64,000 nucleotides of DNA from Alphaproteobacteria bacterium (GTDB lineage: Bacteria; Pseudomonadota; Alphaproteobacteria; Bin95). The DNA lies in contig OZ224045.1 of the NCBI GenBank assembly GCA_963665325.3, positions 544,001 through 608,000 on the forward strand, given 5' to 3'. The notes beneath the pieces are model-generated. The model was not told the origin of the DNA. It was given only the letters and a program-made list of their open reading frames with translations, and ran no database searches. Positions within the stretch are counted from its first letter, which is position 1. Each line of letters opens with the position of its first letter. A program made the translations under genes and the position numbers. This document shows positions 18,417 to 27,922 of this stretch, in pieces.

Positions 18417-19604
18417 GTGATCAAGAAATCGGCGATCGTCGCTCGCGTGGCCGCGCGGATGGGTCTGGACAAGTTCACGGCAGGAGGTGCTGTCGACACT
18501 GTATTCGAGGCGATCGCCGAGGGGCTCGCAAAGGAAGAGGAAGTGCGGATCGCCGGGTTCGGCGTTTTCGGGACGCGAAGCCGTGCCGCGCGTACCGGCA
18601 GGAATCCGCGCACCGGCGAGAGCGTGGCGATAGCGGCTTCGAAATCGCCGTCGTTCAAGGCGGCGAAACGGCTGCGGGAGGCGGTGAAGCGGGGCTGGCA
18701 GGAAGAGCGGGCGGAACCGGGTGACGACCGCCATGGCCGGCCCGGCGGCGCCGGCGCGATGCTGGAGATGTCGGACTGGCCGGGCGGCGTGGAGCCGGTC
18801 TGGACCCTGCTGGAGCCGGAAAGCATGGAGGCGCTGCGGGCCGAGCCCCTGGCGGACAACCCGACACTGCGTCTCGCGGCCGGTCTGCCCGACGAGGCGT
18901 TCGCGGAGTCGGCGTTCGTGCGCAATGCGTCGATCGCGCTGCGGTGCATAAACGACGAATTCTTGCCGAGGTTCACCGAGAAGGGGCATTTCGGGCGCGA
19001 CATGGTCGCGTCGATGCGCGAGGCGATGACCTGGCCCGGAATGGAGGCAACCGAGGAGCTCCGGTCGGGAAAGGCGCTGCGCCAGGGCGACGTGTGGGAG
19101 CTTCATCTGCTGCATCGGCTGATGGAGCTGGCCGGGCTCATGGACGGGCAGGCGTTCCTGGGCCAGTTGACCGCGTTGGGGCGCGAGATGCTCGGACCGG
19201 GAAGATGGGGCGCCCTCCAGGCGCTCCTGTTCAGGCATCTCTTCTGGCGCGCGGACCTCTCGGAGTTCGTGGAGACGTTTCCTCGCGGGCTGCCCGGCCG
19301 GTGGCCGCAGGACGATATCGGCGTGATCCTCTGGGGGCTCTCGAACGTGGCCGGGGAGTGGCAGAGCGCGGACACGCTCAGGACGCTGACCGCGGTTCGC
19401 GACGAATCGGTGGCGGGACTGCACTGGAACGCGGAGGGCACGATGTTCGCGGGCCGGGTGCTGCAACCGCTGCGCTGGTTCGGGCTGCTGGAATACAGGG
19501 GGCCTCCCGAGAGGGCCGAGGTGGGCTGGCGCAAGACCGCCCTCTTCGACCGCTTCCTGTCGTTCGATGTCCGCCTCTCCCGGGAGCGCGGGACGGGTCA
19601 CTGA
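18417..19604 (+). CDS. HU DNA-binding domain fused to a ~290-aa uncharacterised domain
   Basis: GGAGGA RBS and GTG start. VRIAGFGVF and ARTGRNPRTGESV..AASKSPSFK, then no stop until 19604. Confidence 0.8.
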   Translation: MIKKSAIVARVAARMGLDKFTAGGAVDTVFEAIAEGLAKEEEVRIAGFGVFGTRSRAARTGRNPRTGESVAIAASKSPSFKAAKRLREAVKRGWQEERAEPGDDRHGRPGGAGAMLEMSDWPGGVEPVWTLLEPESMEALRAEPLADNPTLRLAAGLPDEAFAESAFVRNASIALRCINDEFLPRFTEKGHFGRDMVASMREAMTWPGMEATEELRSGKALRQGDVWELHLLHRLMELAGLMDGQAFLGQLTALGREMLGPGRWGALQALLFRHLFWRADLSEFVETFPRGLPGRWPQDDIGVILWGLSNVAGEWQSADTLRTLTAVRDESVAGLHWNAEGTMFAGRVLQPLRWFGLLEYRGPPERAEVGWRKTALFDRFLSFDVRLSRERGTGH

Positions 19605-19831
19605 ACCTGGCCTGCAGCGACAAAGGTGGGCGCGGCATTGGGCGCTACGCGGCACGCAGGGCTCGATGGCAAAACCCGGCAGGGGCCGCTATTCGGGCGG
19701 AAGGGGGGCGGAAGTGCCGCTGCCGGGATCGAAAGGGCGGGGAGTTCGTGCTATCCGTGGGGTCGGCTCAGGCTATGGTCTATCGGGCGTCCCGGACGTT
19801 CGGCCAACGTGACAACGCAGGGAGAGAGCGG

Positions 19832-20119
19832 ATGAACAAGTCGGAGATTGCCGGTCATGTTGCCGACCGCACCGGAGTCGGCAGGTGGGCGGCCGGAGAG
19901 GCCGTGGATGCAGCATTTGCTGCGATCGCGGAGGCTCTGGCCAGGGGCGAGGATGTGCGGATCGCCGGATTCGGGACCTTCGGCACCAGAAACCGGCCCG
20001 CTCGCACGGGGCGCAATCCGAGAACCGGCGAGAGCCTGAACATCGCCGCCTCGACCGCACCGACATTCAAGCCCGGCAAGCCATTGAAGGATGCCGTGAA
20101 CGCGGGAAATGCGTCGTAA
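19832..20119 (+). CDS. HU family DNA-binding protein
   Basis: MNKSEI...VRIAGFGTF...ARTGRNPRTGE...PTFKPGKPLKDAVN. Confidence 0.92.
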   Translation: MNKSEIAGHVADRTGVGRWAAGEAVDAAFAAIAEALARGEDVRIAGFGTFGTRNRPARTGRNPRTGESLNIAASTAPTFKPGKPLKDAVNAGNAS

Positions 20120-20538
20120 GTCGGATACATCCGGGTTCCATGACAGCCGAGGACATGGATGCCCCCGAGGTTGAAACCGACCGGTTGCTATCCGATGACG
20201 AACACCGCCGGGGTCGAATACCGAGCTTACGGCAAGGTCAACAACTGAGCGGGTTTGACTTCTCGCAACCTGCCCACCGGGTGCGAGGCTTGCATATCAG
20301 GCAAGAAGATACTGGAGGCGCGTGGAATTGATGTCGGGCAAAGGCCGCCGGAGAGGACCTGGATGTTGGAGTCACGCTCTTGCGATACGATAGCGGGCGG
20401 CTTCGGGAATTCGCCGGATGGAGGAATGAGTCTAGGGGCGGCGCGGGACCTAGCACTGTAAAGTACCATACAGACAAAATGTGTGCGAGACTCTAGGCGA
20501 GTCGAGTCACTAGACGTGGAGACTCTTGGAGCAGGTGG

Positions 20539-22059
20539 ATGAGCCAACGTGCCGGACGCACAGCGCAGGACGAGTTCAAATTATTTTGCTCCCGCGCTGG
20601 AATAACTTGCAATAGTTCTTCAGAGGACGATCATGGTTGGGATTTCCTAATTGAAATTGAGCCGAACAAGGATGCCAAGGCTCCAGCGGATAAACAAAGG
20701 GCTATAAGGAAGGCGTTCGTTCAAGCTAAGTCGACTAACGGGAATAGCCCTAAGACAAGAATGAAGGTCAGTAACGCACTTAAACTAGCGAAAGATGAGC
20801 TGCCGTGCTTTGTGGTTTTGTTTCATTACGACAGAACAGGTGGCAGTCGTATATATGTGCAGCATTTTTGGACTGACCTGATTGAGCGCGCTCTGAAACG
20901 TGGTCGGCAGGCTAGTGCGAAGAACAAGGACACGCACAAGTCATGGATGGAAATCAGTTTCTCTGAACAAGATGAAAAGAGCAAAGATCCCGTAGGCTGG
21001 ATATCGTCTATTGTACGAGAATGTTCCGAGGAATACAGCGCCGAGAAACGTCTATTGTACCAAAAGCTGGGTTATGAGAACCGCAACTATCGCGCGGAAG
21101 TCACCTTTGGTCCCCTAAGTGTGGTAGAGGACATTATCGATCATGAGTTGGGACTAACGGATGCTTTACCGGTTTCAAGAGTACGTCTAATTGATTCGCG
21201 ATTCGGCATTGATGCCCCGGTACCAATCCTCGACAGTGAACACGCAACAATGCAAATTCGGCCCAGCGACAATATTGATTGTAACGTGGTGTTACAAGAG
21301 ACAGACGGAGATCTCATTTCTTTTGAAGCCGTTATGAGGATTCCAGGCATGTTGAAGGTGCCCTCGGATAAGTTCAAAATGGTGGTAGAAAGTTGGTGTT
21401 TCGTAGCTGTCGTTTCGAACCGCGAAGGCATAAAGATAGATATCAAGGATTTGTGGAATGAAAAGTTGTCGGCGGAGGAGTTAAGTGAAGCTGCAAAATT
21501 GCGCTCGTGGGGTGGAAAGACGGTGTCAATGAAGTTCTTAGGGAGCAATATACCCCCTTTGAATTTACATGGACAATTTGCTGCGATTGGAGATGAGGCA
21601 ATATTTAGTGAACTGTCAAAGACAGCGATGGTTTTAGGATACATGCAATCCCGTTCCGGTTTTAGTGGTCCCAGTCATTCGTTGGAAGAGCTCTACCAGG
21701 GCTTGCGAGAACTGTCATTTTGGAACGGCTTCTTGAACGCTCAGGATGTGAAGCTTGTGAGTAAAGTCGGCACTGGTTTTAAAAGTGATATTTCAATCGT
21801 AGGCGTTCTAGGTTTTTTCGAATTTCGGGTAGGAGGGTTATACTACTTCCTGGTCTTCGATGCTCCGGTTGTGCATCGACCTACCGACCAGAATGGGATG
21901 GCACTGGACTTTGGGACGAGAGTAGTACGGGACTGCTATGTGAATCATGATTCGGAAAAGGTCAGACGTGCCGGGAAGCAAGCGCATGAAGTCGAGGCGT
22001 CCAGTAGAGGAGATGACTGGCTAGATCTGGGCGATCTGCGATTGGTTTTGGGAATGTGA
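20539..22059 (+). CDS. DUF4365-like PD-(D/E)xK nuclease-domain protein, low GC
   Basis: EDDHGWDFLIE...FVQAKST at the N-terminus; much more AT-rich than the backbone. Confidence 0.7.
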   Translation: MSQRAGRTAQDEFKLFCSRAGITCNSSSEDDHGWDFLIEIEPNKDAKAPADKQRAIRKAFVQAKSTNGNSPKTRMKVSNALKLAKDELPCFVVLFHYDRTGGSRIYVQHFWTDLIERALKRGRQASAKNKDTHKSWMEISFSEQDEKSKDPVGWISSIVRECSEEYSAEKRLLYQKLGYENRNYRAEVTFGPLSVVEDIIDHELGLTDALPVSRVRLIDSRFGIDAPVPILDSEHATMQIRPSDNIDCNVVLQETDGDLISFEAVMRIPGMLKVPSDKFKMVVESWCFVAVVSNREGIKIDIKDLWNEKLSAEELSEAAKLRSWGGKTVSMKFLGSNIPPLNLHGQFAAIGDEAIFSELSKTAMVLGYMQSRSGFSGPSHSLEELYQGLRELSFWNGFLNAQDVKLVSKVGTGFKSDISIVGVLGFFEFRVGGLYYFLVFDAPVVHRPTDQNGMALDFGTRVVRDCYVNHDSEKVRRAGKQAHEVEASSRGDDWLDLGDLRLVLGM

Positions 22060-22123
22060 CGTGGAAAGGCTGTTTGGGGCGGCTAGATTTGGTAGAAGTG
22101 CTGAGATGCAGCAGGGGTTTAGA

Positions 22124-23359
22124 TCATTTAGACCCTGAGGCAGAAAAGCTGAGCGTCTCAAGGAACGCGATAACCATTGTAACCTCTTGGTCAGCGAGGA
22201 CACCGATCAGTGTAAAATCGTCACCGACCGCGGCCATTCTCTTGTAGTACTCGTGGCGTGATAGCGTGGTCATCGCATCAGTATCCAAGTTTCGAAGCGG
22301 ATCGTAGTGCGCTACAATTGCATCACGAAGAGCGGAAAGAGACCCGGAGTGACCATAGGGCGGCGTGGATGCAACATTGAAGAGCGGCGGTGTTCGGAAC
22401 TTGTATAGATCGTCGGGGTCGAAGGTGACATTGAAACGACCGTAATCGATACCGAAGCCGTTCTTCCCGACTCCGAGCTGTGGGAATGGTACAGCGTGGA
22501 ACCGGAGGTCGGAGAAATAAGGGCCGGTGTGGCAATTTACGCACTTCCCTTTGCCATAAAAGATCAAGCCGCCTTGGATTTCGTCAGGGGAAAGTTGGCC
22601 GTCTCCGAAGACAAACCGATGAAAGTCGGTATCGCGCAGGCGGAACTCCGAGCGTATGAAGGCGGCGATCGACCGTGCCACATCGGCAAAGGCAATCTCT
22701 GGCAGCGGTTTGTCCAGGCTGGAGGCGAGATCCTCCATCGCCGCCCGTTCCGTGTCGACAAGGCGAGTCAGGATCCGGGCATACAGGCGCTCCGCTTGTT
22801 CCGGGGATTCCGTTTTGAATCGCGATAGATCGGCGTCGTCGTCGATCATCTCGCGAATTTCGACGGGGGGCAGGTGGACCGCGATCAGCAGTGGATCGGA
22901 TGAGGGAACATCGGCTCCGAACTGGCTTAGCGGTCGCGGCCCGGAGAAGTCGACCTTGCCGTCCCAGAAGAAGACGTCGAAGCCCTGGCCCCCACGCCCC
23001 CAGAGGGGGAGTGTATTCCGTGGAACGATCTTCCCGTCGCTGAATGCGCGCGCAGGTCCCTCGCCGGTACCGAAGATGCCCACCGCATTCGGCAAGCCAT
23101 CGCCCGATCCGAAGGCGTCGAGATGACATGTCCGACAAGCAATCCGGCCGTTCAGGCTCAGGTTCTTGCTTTCGAAGAATGCCCTGCCGACAGCCGCCAG
23201 ATGCTCATCGGTATCCACGAAGAGCTGTTTGGCCGGGAGAAGGCCGTTGGCGAGGGCTGCGGTACGCAGGATCTCGGAAAACGACTTGTCAGCGGCACTG
23301 GCCGCGGTCCCGATGGTGAGTGCGATGGCGGCAAGGAGTAGGCTAATAGCGGATTTCAT
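22124..23359 (-). CDS. His-Xaa-Ser system-associated MauG-like diheme cytochrome c peroxidase
   Basis: Signal peptide, LSLNGRIACRTCH, FFWDG, GKCVNCHTG, FRTPPL, PPYGHSG; two CxxCH motifs. Confidence 0.88.
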   Translation of the reverse strand: MKSAISLLLAAIALTIGTAASAADKSFSEILRTAALANGLLPAKQLFVDTDEHLAAVGRAFFESKNLSLNGRIACRTCHLDAFGSGDGLPNAVGIFGTGEGPARAFSDGKIVPRNTLPLWGRGGQGFDVFFWDGKVDFSGPRPLSQFGADVPSSDPLLIAVHLPPVEIREMIDDDADLSRFKTESPEQAERLYARILTRLVDTERAAMEDLASSLDKPLPEIAFADVARSIAAFIRSEFRLRDTDFHRFVFGDGQLSPDEIQGGLIFYGKGKCVNCHTGPYFSDLRFHAVPFPQLGVGKNGFGIDYGRFNVTFDPDDLYKFRTPPLFNVASTPPYGHSGSLSALRDAIVAHYDPLRNLDTDAMTTLSRHEYYKRMAAVGDDFTLIGVLADQEVTMVIAFLETLSFSASGSK

Positions 23360-23726
23360 GGATCTCGACGAACTTTCGGATGTCCGTGGCGCGTTCTTCG
23401 ATTGCTTCCAGACCGATGCGGGCAAGCGCGTTTTCGGAAAGTCCCCAGCGGATCATTTCCTTTCGCATCTTGTCGTATTCGTGGCAGGTGGTCAGGCCGA
23501 CTTCGGCGGCCTCCAGGTTGCGAATCGTCTCTTCGGTCGTCGAGGCTAGCACCATTTGCTTGGCGATGAAGTGTTCGCGCATGACGTGGTCGCACTGATA
23601 CATCAGATCCTTGTACTTCTCCTCGTAAACGGCTTCCGCAATCACGGGCGCCAGGTAGCGGTCGGCGCCGAAGGCGAGCACGATGAGAACGGCCAATGCA
23701 TTCAGGGGAAGCAGCACGCGCGTCAT
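23343..23726 (-). CDS. His-Xaa-Ser system accessory protein (TIGR03982-like)
   Basis: N-terminal TM; YKDLMYQCDHVMREHFIAK...AEVGL..CHEYDKMRK..WGLSEN; overlaps the MauG-like start. Confidence 0.75.
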   Translation of the reverse strand: MTRVLLPLNALAVLIVLAFGADRYLAPVIAEAVYEEKYKDLMYQCDHVMREHFIAKQMVLASTTEETIRNLEAAEVGLTTCHEYDKMRKEMIRWGLSENALARIGLEAIEERATDIRKFVEIHEIRY

Positions 23727-24181
23727 TTCGGGGCTATTCCCAGTGACCGGAGCGTTGCCTGGTCGAGAGTACCGGAAGACGGGATGCCGTGCGCGCGCTG
23801 GTACCGGAATAGCGCGGCCTTGAATTTCGCGGTGGTGCGGCCGTCCAGGCGGCCGACAGGATATCCGAGCCGGAGCAGGACGGCCTTCGCCAGACTGACG
23901 AAGGGACGCTCATCGGAATGTTCTCGATCGGGGGCAATCGCGGGACTGGCAGGCAGCACCGAGGTTGGCGGGGTGCTCCGCTCGTTACGGTGGCTGGGGG
24001 TCGTGGTGGAATCCTCAGACGAAGCCGGGGCGAGGGAGGACGGGGCGTCGGAACGCGCGGGATGCTGAACGGAGACAATGATCGCAATGGCCGCGATCAG
24101 TCGAGCAGAATGTACTACCGGGTGCCTCGGCATTCTTGGCCTGATGGGAGCAATGGTCATGGGCGCCGCGCACAGCACCAT
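23723..24181 (-). CDS. Peptidoglycan-binding domain protein (start uncertain)
   Basis: Hydrophobic segment, Ser/Pro linker, then LLRLGYPVGRLDG...ALFRYQRAHGIPSSGTLDQATLRSL. Confidence 0.75.
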   Translation of the reverse strand: MVLCAAPMTIAPIRPRMPRHPVVHSARLIAAIAIIVSVQHPARSDAPSSLAPASSEDSTTTPSHRNERSTPPTSVLPASPAIAPDREHSDERPFVSLAKAVLLRLGYPVGRLDGRTTAKFKAALFRYQRAHGIPSSGTLDQATLRSLGIAPK

Positions 24182-24336
24182 CTGTTCCGAACGGTGGTCA
24201 AGCTAACCCACCTGACCAGCGGTGCAAGGGATGAGGTGATGCGTCCGGGCGGCGAGTCTGCCGGTTGGGGTCCGTCTTGGCTGTGGTCAGCTGCTTCGGA
24301 TTGGCGGGTTCCGAGGAAAGGGATGCGAAGGTGCGG

Positions 24337-25959
24337 ATGCGCGGGTATAGGAAGGCTACTTCGGTCCCAGGGCCGGATCGGAACGAACTGATTCGCGCAT
24401 TCAATGAGGCACACCGATATAAGGGAGACCAACGCTTGTCTGCTGGACGTGGAATAACTGCGGCCTTTCTCAATCCGGGGGAATTCGCGGCGCCGCGCCA
24501 AGAGTACGAGGTCCTACCTTTCAGACATACCAGGTTGCCAGCTCTTCCTGGCCAGGTTCTCGTGACGTCCGGGGTCGGAGAATATCTGTTTCTGTCCGAG
24601 AGCGATTTCAGCAAGCTGACCGATGGCACGCTTGAAGCCGGGACGGAGCTCTATCGCGACCTGCGGACGCGGCAGATTGTCTGCGATGCCGAGCGTGGAC
24701 CGTTTCTTCAGGGACTGGCTGCGCAGCAGCGGACGCGGAAGCACTTCGCCACGGAAGACCCCGCGTTGCATATTTTTGTACTGACCTTGAGATGCGACCA
24801 TCGCTGCCACTACTGCCAAGTCTCGCCGCGTCGTCCGTCGGAGCGCGGATTCGACATGGACGCCGCGACCGCGGACGCCGCTCTGGATCGAGTGTTCGAA
24901 TCGGAGGTGGAGACACTGACCATCGAGTTTCAGGGCGGTGAATCTGCGCTGGCCTTTCCCCTTATGCGGCGGATCGTCGAGCAAGCGGCCAGGCGCGCTC
25001 GGGTGGCTGAACGAAGGGTGCGGTTCGTGATGGCGACGACCCTGCACCTCGTGACGGACGACATGCTGGTCTTCTGCCGGGACCACGGGATCGAATTGTC
25101 CACTTCGCTCGACGGCCCGGAGCACGTCCACAACGCGAACCGACCCAATGCGACGCAGGATTCGTTCGAACGAACGGTGGAGGGGATGGCTCGGGCGCGA
25201 GCGATCTGTGGTCATGATCGCGTGGCGGCGTTGGCGACGATCACTCGGCATGGCCTGCAATATCCGCGCGAGACCGTGGATACCTATCTGGAGATGGGAT
25301 TCGACTCGATCTCGCTTCGGCCGGTCAGTCCATTCGGCTTTGCGGTGAAGAGCCGGCGCAAGCTGGGATACACGAGCGACGAGTATTTGCAGTTCTACCG
25401 CGAGGCCCTGGACTATCTGATCAAGGTCAACCTCGCCGGACGGAGAATCGAGGAATCGTACGCGACTCTGCTGTTGACGAGAATCCTGACACCGTTTCCG
25501 ACGGGCTATGTCGATCTGCAATCGCCCGCGGCAGCAGGCAGGAACGTGCTCGTCTACAACTACGACGGTGGGATCTATGTTTCTGACGAGGGCCGAATGC
25601 TGGCGGAGATGGGCGACGACCGGTTCCGAATGGGTTCGGTCCATGATTCGTTGTCCGATCTCCGACAATCGAATGCCATGAAAGTCATCGAGGACGCAGG
25701 CGATGCAGAGAAGCTACCGGTCTGCTCGGAATGCGCGTTCGTTCCCTATTGCGGGGCCGATCCCGTTTTCAATGTGGCCACGCAGGGCAGCCCCGTCGGT
25801 CATCGGCCGACAAGCGAGTTCTGCCACCGCCATACCGGCCTGTTCCGAATCGTCTTCGAACTATTGGCAGAACAAGATCCCGATGTGCTGCGGGTGTTCC
25901 TTTCCTGGATGACCCGGCGAGACGCATCCGAGCTGTCGGCAGCCGGTTACCTGGCGTAG
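24337..25959 (+). CDS. hxsB: His-Xaa-Ser system radical SAM/SPASM maturase HxsB (start uncertain)
   Basis: LHIFVLTLRCDHRCHYCQVS, IEFQGGE, STSLDGP, YVDLQSP, YNYDG..Y.SDEGRML, CSECAFVPYCGADP. Confidence 0.9.
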   Translation: MRGYRKATSVPGPDRNELIRAFNEAHRYKGDQRLSAGRGITAAFLNPGEFAAPRQEYEVLPFRHTRLPALPGQVLVTSGVGEYLFLSESDFSKLTDGTLEAGTELYRDLRTRQIVCDAERGPFLQGLAAQQRTRKHFATEDPALHIFVLTLRCDHRCHYCQVSPRRPSERGFDMDAATADAALDRVFESEVETLTIEFQGGESALAFPLMRRIVEQAARRARVAERRVRFVMATTLHLVTDDMLVFCRDHGIELSTSLDGPEHVHNANRPNATQDSFERTVEGMARARAICGHDRVAALATITRHGLQYPRETVDTYLEMGFDSISLRPVSPFGFAVKSRRKLGYTSDEYLQFYREALDYLIKVNLAGRRIEESYATLLLTRILTPFPTGYVDLQSPAAAGRNVLVYNYDGGIYVSDEGRMLAEMGDDRFRMGSVHDSLSDLRQSNAMKVIEDAGDAEKLPVCSECAFVPYCGADPVFNVATQGSPVGHRPTSEFCHRHTGLFRIVFELLAEQDPDVLRVFLSWMTRRDASELSAAGYLA

Positions 25960-25962
25960 GGC

Positions 25963-27150
25963 ATGTTGCCTCTTCATACCCGGGCCCGAGTGCAAGGTGT
26001 GCATGACAGGGCGATCATGAAAGTCCTCAGGGCGGGCGAAGTCGTTCGATCCGATTTCGACCCCGAATATTGCCTGCTCTGGCTTGACGGGCGGGAAGGC
26101 AACGAGCCCGAGATAGTGGAGGGGCCTTGGGCCGGCATCGTAACGGACGGCACTCTCGAAAGCGATTCGGCCGCCGGCATCGCAGTTGACCGAATCGGCA
26201 CGCCGGGTGTCGTTGCGCCCGGGGACGTCATTCGCCTGATGGAGGGGAGTTCCCGAGTATCGATTCTCTACCGGCGCGGGTCGAACAGCAACACGATGCT
26301 TGCGACGGAGAGATGCAACAGCTTCTGCATCATGTGCTCGCAGCCGCCGCGTGAGGTCGATGACGGATGGTTGGTCGACGAGATGCTGGAGACAATTTCT
26401 CTGGTGGACCGGGACGAGACACAGCTCGGCATCAGCGGCGGCGAGCCGACACTGCTTGGGGATGAACTGCTTGTGGTTCTGGAGCGGGCTCGACAGCTCC
26501 TGCCGGAGACCGGGCTTCATATCCTCTCCAACGGGAGGCGCTTTGCCGACGAAGCGTTCGCTCGAACGGTCTGTGCCGTCAGGCATCCGAACCTGACCTG
26601 GGGTATCCCGCTTTACTCGGACTGCCCGGAAATCCACGACTATGTCGTCCAGGCCCGCGGCGCTTGGGACGAGACGCTGGCCGGACTGCACAACCTGGCG
26701 CAACACGAGGCGAACATCGAAATCCGGATTGTCGTGCAGCGGCCCAATGTCGAACGGTTGGGCGAGCTGGCGTATTTCATATTCCGGAACTTGACCTTCG
26801 CAAGCCATGTCGCGTTCATGGGGCTTGAGCCCATCGGCTTCGCGAGGACCAACTACGACAAGATATGGATCGATCCGGTCGACTGCATGGACGCGCTGCG
26901 CGATGCGGTGTTCTTTCTCGCAAATCGGGGAATGAGCGTTTCTCTGTACAACTTTCCCCTCTGCACTGTGCCGCCAGAACTATGGCCATATTCCCGACAA
27001 AGCATCTCGGACTGGAAGAACACATTTCTACCGGATTGTGTCGGATGCAACCTGCGAGACGAGTGTTGCGGGTTCTTTCGGTCGATAGACGGGAAATGGA
27101 TAAGTCGTGCTATCAAGCCGATGACGGGAATCGTAGAACGGAACGGATAG
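25963..27150 (+). CDS. hxsC: His-Xaa-Ser system radical SAM maturase HxsC
   Basis: TERCNSFCIMCSQPP, ISGGEPTL, LSNGRRF, HDYVVQ, FMGLE..GFA, SISDWKN, CVGC..RDECCGFF. Confidence 0.9.
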   Translation: MLPLHTRARVQGVHDRAIMKVLRAGEVVRSDFDPEYCLLWLDGREGNEPEIVEGPWAGIVTDGTLESDSAAGIAVDRIGTPGVVAPGDVIRLMEGSSRVSILYRRGSNSNTMLATERCNSFCIMCSQPPREVDDGWLVDEMLETISLVDRDETQLGISGGEPTLLGDELLVVLERARQLLPETGLHILSNGRRFADEAFARTVCAVRHPNLTWGIPLYSDCPEIHDYVVQARGAWDETLAGLHNLAQHEANIEIRIVVQRPNVERLGELAYFIFRNLTFASHVAFMGLEPIGFARTNYDKIWIDPVDCMDALRDAVFFLANRGMSVSLYNFPLCTVPPELWPYSRQSISDWKNTFLPDCVGCNLRDECCGFFRSIDGKWISRAIKPMTGIVERNG

Positions 27151-27175
27151 GATTAATCGGTGAGGGACAATATCG

Positions 27176-27748
27176 ATGACATGGCGCGGTAAGGTTTGGC
27201 GGCTTCTGCGCGGGCCGGCACTGGCAGCTGGGGGCATGACGACGGCGGCGTTGGGAGCCAATGCTGCTGCCACGATGGGCGAAGGCTTGGAGGCGCCTGG
27301 CAACCCCGACGTGGCGCCGGTCTTGTTGCCGAATACGCTGAATGCGACGGCCGAGGACCGATATGCCGCGCACAGGAGTCATAGCTCGCATCGCAGTCAC
27401 CGGAGTCATCGGTCCAGCAGCGGCGGAGTGCGACAGGCGCCCTCCACACCGGCGCCGCAACCGCAATATCAGTCACCGCCGTCGAACCAGGCCCCGTCCG
27501 TGATTCCCAGGACTACGCCGCGGATCGAACGGGCGATTCCCAAAGCGACTCCGCAGGACGTGTCAAGGATGGTGATCCGGGTCCAGGCGGCCCTGATGCG
27601 TCGAGGCTTGTACAACGGGGACATCGATGGCCTGTTGGGACCCAAGACCCGTGCAGCGTTGCGGGCCTTTCAGCAGAGAGAAGGGATTCCTCAAACCGGG
27701 CGCATGGACATCGCGACGCTCACGAGGCTTGGAATATCCATTCCTTGA
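27176..27748 (+). CDS. hxsA: His-Xaa-Ser repeat protein HxsA with C-terminal PG-binding domain
   Basis: HRS-HSS-HRS-HRS-HRS-SS at 27371-27421; RVQAALMRRGLYNGDIDGLLGPKTRAALRAFQ. Confidence 0.9.
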   Translation: MTWRGKVWRLLRGPALAAGGMTTAALGANAAATMGEGLEAPGNPDVAPVLLPNTLNATAEDRYAAHRSHSSHRSHRSHRSSSGGVRQAPSTPAPQPQYQSPPSNQAPSVIPRTTPRIERAIPKATPQDVSRMVIRVQAALMRRGLYNGDIDGLLGPKTRAALRAFQQREGIPQTGRMDIATLTRLGISIP

Positions 27749-27922
27749 GGAATGGATCCGGTCAGAGCTGCCACTATCGATCTCGATACTTCAGATCAGC
27801 GACCGCAGACGTCCCAGACTTGACACATAGGTTGCCATGATTGTCGCGCCAGGATGCAAAAGGACATGGGGTCAGAAGGACGAAGACAGTGAGCTGTCTG
27901 TATCTGTCGCGGACCCGTTGCC

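Noticed and set aside
20140-20500. Short ORFs between HU and the nuclease gene
   Set aside because: No motifs, conflicting frames and no clear RBS.
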